Positions 53,201-64,000 of a DNA stretch of 64,000 nt are shown piece after piece. The position numbers and the translations under genes are program-made. The stretch's first letter is position 1. Each line of letters begins with the position of its first letter. This stretch comes from Auanema rhodensis (Eukaryota > Animalia > Nematoda), in assembly GCA_964057225.1 (NCBI GenBank), contig OZ059895.1, positions 744,001-808,000 on the forward strand. The letters are read 5' to 3'. Under the pieces are notes generated by a model. It did no database searches. It saw only the letters and a program-made list of their open reading frames with translations, and had not been told where the DNA came from.

Positions 53201-56200
53201 TCGACGCAGCTTAAAAATCCGCATCGCATGCACTATACTACATTGAGAAACGCTTAATACAAAAATTTGTTATGATCGTTTGAAAAATGATGCATTAGTG
53301 TATGTTGAGTTTCCATGTACACTCAACATTGCTTCCAAAAACATTTTGACAAAAATTTTTTCGAAAAATTTCAAAATAATTTAGCAAAAAGTAGATGTTT
53401 TTAGATTCCTTTTTTTGAGGCAAAGACGATGGACAATGTTATTCAACGAAAAAATTAATTCTTCAGGGTGAAAATTGAGGATATAAGTGTGAACTTATAT
53501 CAGTTGATATCTCGGTGCATTTTTAAGTTAGCGCAAATCTGATAACACAGATCGACGCAGCTTAAAAATCCGCATCGAATGCACTATACTACATTGAGAA
53601 ACGCTTAATACAAAAATTTGTTATGATCGTTTGAAAAATGATGCATTAGTGTATGTTGAGTTTCCATGTACACTCAACATTGCTTCCAAAAACATTTTGA
53701 CAAAAATTTTTTCGAAACATTTCAAAATAATTTAGCAAAAAGTAGATGTTTTTAGATTCCTTTTTTCAAGGCAAAGACGATGGACAATGTTATTCAACGA
53801 AAAAATTAATTCTTCAGGGAGAAAATCGAGGATATAAGTGTGAACTTATATCAGTTGATATCTCGGTGCATTTTTAAGCTAGCGCAAATCTGATAACACA
53901 AATCGACGCAGCTTAAAAATCCGCATCGAATGCACTATACTACATTGAGAAACGCTTAATACAAAAATTTGTTATGATCGTTTGAAAAATGATGCATTAG
54001 TGTATGTTGAGTTTCCATGTACACTCAACATTGCTTCCAAAAACATTTTGACAAAAATTTTTTCGAAACATTTCAAAATAATTTAGCAAAAAGTAGATGT
54101 TTTTAGATTCCTTTTTTCAAGGCAAAGACGATGGACAATGTTATTCAACGAAAATATTAATTCTTCAGGGAGAAAATCGAGGATATAAGTGTGAACTTAT
54201 ATCAGTTGATATCTCGGTGCATTTTTAAGCTAGCGCAAATCTGATAACACAAATCGACGCAGCTTAAAAATCCGCATCGAATGCACTATACTACATTGAG
54301 AAACGCTTAATACAAAAATTAGTTATGATCGTTTGAAAAATGATGCATTAGTGTATGTTGAGTTTCCGTGTACACTCAACATTGCTTCCAAAAACATTTT
54401 GACAAAAATTTTTTCGAAAAATTTCAAAATAATTTAGCAAAAAGTAGATGTTTTTAGATTCCTTTTTTTGAGGCAAAGACGATGGACAATGTTATTCAAC
54501 GAAAAAATTAATTCTTCAGGGTGAAAATTGAGGATATAAGTGTGAACTTATATCAGTTGATATCTCGGTGCATTTTTAAGTTAGCGCAAATCTGATAACA
54601 AAGATCGACGCAGCTTAAAAATCCGCATCGAATGCACTATACTACATTGAGAAACGCTTAATACAAAAATTAGTTATGATCGTTTGAAAAATGATGCATT
54701 AGTGTATGTTGAGTTTCCATGTACACTCAACATTGCTTCCAAAAACATTTTGACAAAAATTTTTTCGAAACATTTCAAAATAATTTAGCAAAAAGTAGAT
54801 GTTTTTAGATTCCTTTTTTTGAGGCAAAGACGATGGACAATGTTATTCAACGAAAAAATTAATTCTTCAGGGTGAAAATCGAGGATATAAGTGTGAACTT
54901 ATATCAGTTGATATCTCGGTGCATTTTTAAGTTAGCGCAAATCTGATAACACAAATCGACGCAGCTTAAAAATCCGCATCGAATGCACTATACTACATTG
55001 AGAAACGCTTAATACAAAAATTAGTTATGATCGTTTGAAAAATGATGCAATAGTGTATGTTGAGTTTCCATGTACACTCAACATTGCTTCCAAAAACATT
55101 TTGACAAAAATTTTTTCGAAAAATTTCAAAATAATTTAGCAAAAAGTAGATGTTTTTAGATTTCATTTTTCAAGGCAAAGACGATAGACAATGTTATTCA
55201 ACGAAAAAATTAATTCTTCAGGGTGAAAATCGAGGATATAAGTGTGAACTTATATCAGTTGATATCTCGGTGCATTTTTAAGCTAGCGCAAATCTGATAA
55301 CACAGATCGACGCAGCTTAAAAATCCGCATCGAATGCACTATACTACATTGAGAAACGCTTAATACAAAAATTTGTTATGATCGTTTGAAAAATGATGCA
55401 TTAGTGTATGTTGAGTTTCCATGTACACTCAACATTGCTTCCAAAAACATTTTGACAAAAATTTTTTCGAAACATTTCAAAATAATTTAGCAAAAAGTAG
55501 ATGTTTTTAGATTCCTTTTTTCAAGGCAAAAACGATGGACAATGTTATTCAACGAAAAAATCAATTCTTCAGGGAGAAAATCGAGGATATAAGTGTGAAC
55601 TTATATCAGTTGATATCTCGGTGCATTTTTAAGCTAGCGCAAATCTGATAACACAAATCGACGCAGCTTAAAAATCCGCATCGAATGCACTATACTACAT
55701 TGAGAAACGCTTAATACAAAAATTAGTTATGATCGTTTGAAAAATGATGCATTAGTGTATGTTGAGTTTCCATGTACACTCAACATTGCTTCCAAAAACA
55801 TTTTGACAAAAATTTTTTCGAAACATTTCAAAATAATTTAGCAAAAAGTAGATGTTTTTAGATTCCTTTTTTTGAGGCAAAGACGATGGACAATGTTATT
55901 CAACGAAAAAATTAATTCTTCAGGGTGAAAATCGAGGATATAAGTGTGAACTTATATCAGTTGATATCTCGGTGCATTTTTAAGTTAGCGCAAATCTGAT
56001 AACACAAATCGACGCAGCTTAAAAATCCGCATCGAATGCACTATACTACATTGAGAAACGCTTAATACAAAAATTAGTTATGATCGTTTGAAAAATGATG
56101 CAATAGTGTATGTTGAGTTTCCATGTACACTCAACATTGCTTCCAAAAACATTTTGACAAAAATTTTTTCGAAAAATTTCAAAATAATTTAGCAAAAAGT

Positions 56201-59200
56201 AGATGTTTTTAGATTTCATTTTTCAAGGCAAAGACGATAGACAATGTTATTCAACGAAAAAATTAATTCTTCAGGGTGAAAATCGAGGATATAAGTGTGA
56301 ACTTATATCAGTTGATATCTCGGTGCATTTTTAAGCTAGCGCAAATCTGATAACACAGATCGACGCAGCTTAAAAATCCGCATCGAATGCACTATACTAC
56401 ATTGAGAAACGCTTAATACAAAAATTTGTTATGATCGTTTGAAAAATGATGCATTAGTGTATGTTGAGTTTCCATGTACACTCAACATTGCTTCCAAAAA
56501 CATTTTGACAAAAATTTTTTCGAAACATTTCAAAATAATTTAGCAAAAAGTAGATGTTTTTAGATTCCTTTTTTCAAGGCAAAGACGATGGACAATGTTA
56601 TTCAACGAAAAAATTAATTCTTCAGGGAGAAAATCGAGGATATAAGTGTGAACTTATATCAGTTGATATCTCGGTGCATTTTTAAGCTAGCGCAAATCTG
56701 ATAACACAAATCGACGCAGCTTAAAAATCCGCATCGAATGCACTATACTACATTGAGAAACGCTTAATACAAAAATTAGTTATGATCGTTTGAAAAATGA
56801 TGCATTAGTGTATGTTGAGTTTCCATGTACACTCAACATTGCTTCCAAAAACATTTTGACAAAAATTTTTTCGAAAAATTTCAAAATAATTTAGCAAAAA
56901 GTAGATGTTTTTAGATTTCATTTTTCAAGGCAAAGACGATAGACAATGTTATTCAACGAAAAAACTAATTCTTCAGGGTGAAAATCGAGGATATAAGTGT
57001 GAACTTATATCAGTTGATATCTCGGTGCATTTTTAAGCTAGCGCAAATCTGATAACACAGATCGACGCAGCTTAAAAATCCGCATCGAATGCACTATACT
57101 ACATTGAGAAACGCTTAATACAAAAATTAGTTATGATCGTTTGAAAAATGATGCATTAGTGTATGTTGAGTTTCCATGTACACTCAACATTGCTTCCAAA
57201 AACATTTTGACAAAAATTTTTTTGAGAAATTTCAAAATAATTTAGCAAAAAGTAGATGTTTTTAGATCCCATTTTTCAAAGCAAAGACGATGGACAATGT
57301 TATTCAACGAAAAAATTAATTCTTCAGGGTGAAAATCGAAGATATAAGTGTGAACATATATCAGTTGATATCTCGGTGCATTTTTAAGTTAGCGCAAATC
57401 TGATAACACAAATCGACGCAGCTTAAAAATCCGCATCGAATGCACTATACTACATTGAGAAACGCTTAATACAAAAATTAGTTATGATCGTTTGAAAAAT
57501 GATGCAATAGTGTATGTTGAGTTTCCATGTACACTCAACATTGCTTCCAAAAACATTTTGACAAAAATTTTTTCGAAACATTTCAAAATAATTTAGCAAA
57601 AAGTAGAAGTTTTTAGATTCCTTTTTTCAAGGCAAAGACGATGGACAATGTTATTCAACGAAAAAATTAATTCTTCAGGGAGAAAATCGAGGATATAAGT
57701 GTGAACTTATATCAGTTGATATCTCGGTGCATTTTTAAGCTAGCGCAAATCTGATAACACAAATCGACGCAGCTCAAAAATCCGCATCGAATGCACTATA
57801 CTACATTGAGAAACGCTTAATACAAAAATTAGTTATGATCGTTTGAAAAATGATGCATTAGTGTATGTTGAGTTTCCATGTACACTCAACATTGCTTCCA
57901 AAAACATTTTGACAAAAATTTTTTCGAAAAATTTCAAAATAATTTAGCAAAAAGTAGATGTTTTTAGATTCCTTTTTTTGAGGCAAAGACGATGGACAAT
58001 GTTATTCAACGAAAAAATTAATTCTTCAGGGAGAAAATCGAGGATATAAGTGTGAACTTATATCAGTTGATATCTCGGTGCATTTTTAAGCTAGCGCAAA
58101 TCTGATAACACAGATCGACGCAGCTTAAAAATCCGCATCGAATGCACTATACTACATTGAGAAACGCTTAATACAAAAATTTGTTATGATCGTTTGAAAA
58201 ATGATGCATTAGTGTATGTTGAGTTTCCATGTACACTCAACATTGCTTCCAAAAACATTTTGACAAAAATTTTTTCGAAACATTTCAAAATAATTTAGCA
58301 AAAAGTAGATGTTTTTAGATTCCTTTTTTCAAGGCAAAGACGATGGACAATGTTATTCAACGAAAAAATTAATTCTTCAGGGAGAAAATCGAGGATATAA
58401 GTGTGAACTTATATCAGTTGATATCTCGGTGCATTTTTAAGCTAGCGCAAATCTGATAACACAAATCGACGCAGCTTAAAAATCCGCATCGAATGCACTA
58501 TACTACATTGAGAAACGCTTAATACAAAAATTAGTTATGATCGTTTGAAAAATGATGCATTAGTGTATGTTGAGTTTCCATGTACACTCAACATTGCTTC
58601 CAAAAACATTTTGACAAAAATTTTTTCGAAAAATTTCAAAATAATTTAGCAAAAAGTAGATGTTTTTAGATTTCATTTTTCAAGGCAAAGACGATAGACA
58701 ATGTTATTCAACGAAAAAACTAATTCTTCAGGGTGAAAATCGAGGATATAAGTGTGAACTTATATCAGTTGATATCTCGGTGCATTTTTAAGCTAGCGCA
58801 AATCTGATAACACAGATCGACGCAGCTTAAAAATCCGCATCGAATGCACTATACTACATTGAGAAACGCTTAATACAAAAATTAGTTATGATCGTTTGAA
58901 AAATGATGCATTAGTGTATGTTGAGTTTCCATGTACACTCAACATTGCTTCCAAAAACATTTTGACAAAAATTTTTTTGAAAAATTTCAAAATAATTTAG
59001 CAAAAAGTAGATGTTTTTAGATCCCATTTTTCAAAGCAAAGACGATGGACAATGTTATTCAACGAAAAAATTAATTCTTCAGGGTGAAAATCGAGGATAT
59101 AAGTGTGAACTTATATCAGTTGATATCTCGGTGCATTTTTAAGTTAGCGCAAATCTGATAACACAGATCGACGCAGCTTAAAAATTCGGATCGAATGCAC

Positions 59201-62200
59201 TATACTACATTGAGAAACGCTTAATACAAAAATTAGTTATGATCGTTTGAAAAATGATGCATTAGTGTATGTTGAGTTTCCATGTACACTCAACATTGCT
59301 TCCAAAAACATTTTGACAAAAATTTTTTCGAAAAATTTCAAAATAATTTAGCAAAAAGTAGATGTTTTTAGATTTCATTTTTCAAGGCAAAGACGATAGA
59401 CAATGTTATTCAACGAAAAAATTAATTCTTCAGGGTGAAAATCGAGGATATAAGTGTGAACTTATATCAATTGATATCTCGGTGCATTTTTAAGCTAGCG
59501 CAAATCTGATAACACAGATCGACGCAGCTTAAAAATCCGCATCGAATGCACTATACTACATTGAGAAACGCTTAATACAAAAATTTGTTATGATCGTTTG
59601 AAAAATGATGCATTAGTGTATGTTGAGTTTCCATGTACACTCAACATTGCTTCCAAAAACATTTTGACAAAAATTTTTTCGAAACATTTTAAAATAATTT
59701 AGCAAAAAGTAGATGTTTTTAGATTCCTTTTTTCAAGGCAAAGACGATGGACAATGTTATTCAACGAAAAAATTAATTCTTCAGGGTGAAAATCGAGGAT
59801 ATAAGTGTGAACTTATATCAGTTGATATCTCGGTCCATTTTTAAGCTAGCGCAAATCTGATAACACAGATCGACGCAGCTTAAAAATCCGCATCGAATGC
59901 ACTATACTACATTGAGAAACGCTTAATACAAAAAATAGTTATGATCGTTTGAAAAATGATGCATTAGTGTATGTTGAGTTTCCATGTACACTCAACATTG
60001 CTTCCGAAAACATTTTGACAAAAATTTTTTCGAAAAATTTCAAAATAATTTAGCAAAAAGTAGATGTTTTTAGATTTCATTTTTCAAGGCAAAGACGATA
60101 GACAATGTTATTCAACGAAAAAATTAATTCTTCAGGGTGAAAATCGAGGATATAAGTGTGAACTTATATCAGTTGATATCTCGGTGCATTTTTAAGTTAG
60201 CGCAAATCTGATAACACAGATCGACGCAGCTTAAAAATTCGGATCGAATGCACTATACTACATTGAGAAACGCTTAATACAAAAATTAGTTATGATCGTT
60301 TGAAAAATGATGCATTAGTGTATGTTGAGTTTCCATGTACACTCAACATTGCTTCCGAAAACATTTTGACAAAAATTTTTTCGAAAAATTCCAAAATAAT
60401 TTAGCAAAAAGTAGATGTTTTTAGATTTCATTTTTCAAGGCAAAGACGATAGACAATGTTATTCAACGAAAAAATTAATTCTTCAGGGTGAAAATCGAGG
60501 ATATAAGTGTGAACTTATATCAGTTGATATCTCGGTGCATTTTTAAGTTAGCGCAAATCTGATAACACAGATCGACGCAGCTTAAAAATTCGGATCGAAT
60601 GCACTATACTACATTGAGAAACGCTTAATACAAAAATTAGTTATGATCGTTTGAAAAATGATGCATTAGTGTATGTTGAGTTTCCATGTACACTCAACAT
60701 TGCTTCCAAAAACATTTTGACAAAAATTTTTTCGAAAAATTTCAAAATAATTTAGCAAAAAGTAGATGTTTTTAGATTCCATTTTTCAAGGCAAAGACAA
60801 TGGACAATGTTATTCAACGAAAAAAATGATTCTTCAGGGTGAAAATCGAGGATATAAGTGTGAACTTATATCAGTTGATATCTCGGTGCATTTTTAAGCT
60901 AGCGTAAATATGATAACACAGATCTACGCAGCTTAAAAATCCGCATCGAATGCACTATACTACATTGAGAAACGCTTAATACAAAAATTTGTTATGATCG
61001 TTTGAAAAATGATGCATTAGTGTATGTTGAGTTTCCATGTACACTCAACATTGCTTCCAAAAACATTTTGACAAAAATTTTTTCGAAACATTTCAAATTA
61101 ATTTAGCAAAAAGTAGATGTTTTTAGATTCCTTTTTTCAAGGCAAAGACGATGGACAATGTTATTCAACGAAAAAATTAATTCTTCAGGGTAAAAATCGA
61201 GGATATAAGTGTGAACTTATATCAGTTGATATCTCGGTGCATTTTTAAGCTAGCGTAAATATGATAACACAGATCGACGCAGCTTAAAAATCCGCATCGA
61301 ATGCACTATACTACATTGAGAAACGCTTAATACAAAAATTTGTTATGATCGTTTGAAAATGATGCATTAGTGTATGTTGAGTTTCCATGTACACTCAACA
61401 TTGCTTCCAAAAACATTTTGACAAAAATTTTTTCGAAACATTTCAAATTAATTTAGCAAAAAGTAGATGTTTTTAGATTCCTTTTTTCAAGGCAAAGACG
61501 ATGGACAATGTTATTCAACGAAAAAATTAATTCTTCAGGGTAAAAATCGAGGATATAAGTGTGAACTTATATCAGTTGATATCTCGGTGCATTTTTAAGC
61601 TAGCGCAAATCTGATAACACAAATCGACGCAGCTTAAAAATCCGCATCGAATGCACTATACTACATTGAGAAACGCTTAATACAAAAATTAGTTATGATC
61701 GTTTGAAAAATGATGCATTAGTGTATGTTGAGTTTCCATGTACACTCAACATTGCTTCCAAAAACATTTTGACAAAAATTTTTTCGAAAAATTTCAAAAT
61801 AATTTAGCAAAAAGTAGATGTTTTTAGATTTCATTTTTCAAGGCAAAGACGATAGACAATGTTATTCAACGAAAAAATTAATTCTTCAGGGTGAAAATCG
61901 AGGATATAAGTGTGAACTTATATCAGTTGATATCTCGGTGCATTTTTAAGCTAGCGCAAATCTGATAACACAAATCGACGCAGCTTAAAAATCCGCATCG
62001 AATGCACTATACTACATTGAGAAACGCTTAATACAAAAATTAGTTATGATCGTTTGAAAAATGATGCATTAGTGTATGTTGAGTTTCCATGTACACTCAA
62101 CATTGCTTCCAAAAACATTTTGACAAAAATTTTTTCGAAAAATTTCAAAATAATTTAGCAAAAAGTAGATGTTTTTAGATTTCATTTTTCAAGGCAAAGA

Positions 62201-64000
62201 CGATAGACAATGTTATTCAACGAAAAAATTAATTCTTCAGGGTGAAAATCGAGGATATAAGTGTGAACTTATATCAATTGATATCTCGGTGCATTTTTAA
62301 GCTAGCGCAAATCTGATAACACAGATCGACGCAGCTTAAAAATCCGCATCGAATGCACTATACTACATTGAGAAACGCTTAATACAAAAATTTGTTATGA
62401 TCGTTTGAAAAATGATGCATTAGTGTATGTTGAGTTTCCATGTACACTCAACATTGCTTCCAAAAACATTTTGACAAAAATTTTTTCGAAACATTTCAAA
62501 ATAATTTAGCAAAAAGTAGATGTTTTTAGATTCCTTTTTTCAAGGCAAAGACGATGGACAATGTTATTCAACGAAAAAATCAATTCTTCAGGGTGAAAAT
62601 CGAGGATATAAGTGTGAACTTATATCAGTTGATATCTCGGTCCATTTTTAAGCTAGCGCAAATCTGATAACACAGATCGACGCAGCTTAAAAATCCGCAT
62701 CGAATGCACTATACTACATTGAGAAACGCTTAATACAAAAAATAGTTATGATCGTTTGAAAAATGATGCATTAGTGTATGTTGAGTTTCCATGTACACTC
62801 AACATTGCTTCCGAAAACATTTTGACAAAAATTTTTTCGAAAAATTTCAAAATAATTTAGCAAAAAGTAGATGTTTTTAGATTTCATTTTTCAAGGCAAA
62901 GACGATAGACAATGTTATTCAACGAAAAAATTAATTCTTCAGGGTGAAAATCGAGGATATAAGTGTGAACTTATATCAGTTGATATCTCGGTGCATTTTT
63001 AAGTTAGCGCAAATCTGATAACACAGATCGACGCAGCTTAAAAATTCGGATCGAATGCACTATACTACATTGAGAAACGCTTAATACAAAAATTAGTTAT
63101 GATCGTTTGAAAAATGATGCATTAGTGTATGTTGAGTTTCCATGTACACTCAACATTGCTTCCGAAAACATTTTGACAAAAATTTTTTCGAAAAATTTCA
63201 AAATAATTTAGCAAAAAGTAGATGTTTTTAGATTTCATTTTTCAAGGCAAAGACGATAGACAATGTTATTCAACGAAAAAATTAATTCTTCAGGGTGAAA
63301 ATCGAGGATATAAGTGTGAACTTATATCAGTTGATATCTCGGTGCATTTTTAAGTTAGCGCAAATCTGATAACACAGATCGACGCAGCTTAAAAATTCGG
63401 ATCGAATGCACTATACTACATTGAGAAACGCTTAATACAAAAATTAGTTATGATCGTTTGAAAAATGATGCATTAGTGTATGTTGAGTTTCCATGTACAC
63501 TCAACATTGCTTCCAAAAACATTTTGACAAAAATTTTTTCGAAAAATTTCAAAATAATTTAGCAAAAAGTAGATGTTTTTAGATTCCATTTTTCAAGGCA
63601 AAGACAATGGACAATGTTATTCAACGAAAAAAATGATTCTTCAGGGTGAAAATCGAGGATATAAGTGTGAACTTATATCAGTTGATATCTCGGTGCATTT
63701 TTAAGCTAGCGTAAATATGATAACACAGATCGACGCAGCTTAAAAATCCGCATCGAATGCACTATACTACATTGAGAAACGCTTAATACAAAAATTTGTT
63801 ATGATCGTTTGAAAAATGATGCATTAGTGTATGTTGAGTTTCCATGTACACTCAACATTGCTTCCAAAAACATTTTGACAAAAATTTTTTCGAAAAATTT
63901 CAAAATAATTTAGCAAAAAGTAGATGTTTTTAGATTTCATTTTTCAAGGCAAAGACGATAGACAATGTTATTCAACGAAAAAATTAATTCTTCAGGGTGA
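20259..64000. repeat. 351-bp tandem satellite array, right part (rest of monomer 55 to partial monomer 179)
   Basis: The satellite resumes exactly at TA|CATTGAGAAACG after the transposon. Monomer 56 starts at 20594 and monomer 179 at 63752, a distance of 123x351 minus 15, matching the 15 single-A deletions counted. Confidence 0.99.

Noticed and set aside
1-64000. CRISPR array or prokaryotic system
   Set aside because: No unique spacers and no cas or other bacterial genes; the full 351-bp unit repeats.

Overview
Eukaryotic satellite DNA. The whole window is one head-to-tail, single-orientation array of an AT-rich 351-bp monomer (178 full copies plus a 249-bp partial; monomers start at 2, 353, 704 ... 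when phased on ATCGAATGC). It is interrupted once by a complete 1285-bp Hsmar1-like (cecropia subfamily) mariner transposon at 18974-20258, with perfect 30-bp TIRs, a TA target-site duplication and an intact 340-aa DD34D transposase on the minus strand. No host genes, RNA genes or CRISPR were found. Reading the monomer variants by eye shows hidden structure. Seven recurring monomer types (my labels A-G) form local higher-order repeats of 3, 5, 7, 8 and 13 monomers. The inner domain (~16.5-58 kb) is flanked on both sides by the same set of rarer variants, which suggests layered expansion. Each monomer carries several dyads, including a 67-nt interrupted hairpin. I cannot identify the organism or show centromere function from sequence alone, and I see no convincing new protein-coding system. 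The best leads are the array architecture and the hairpin-rich monomer.
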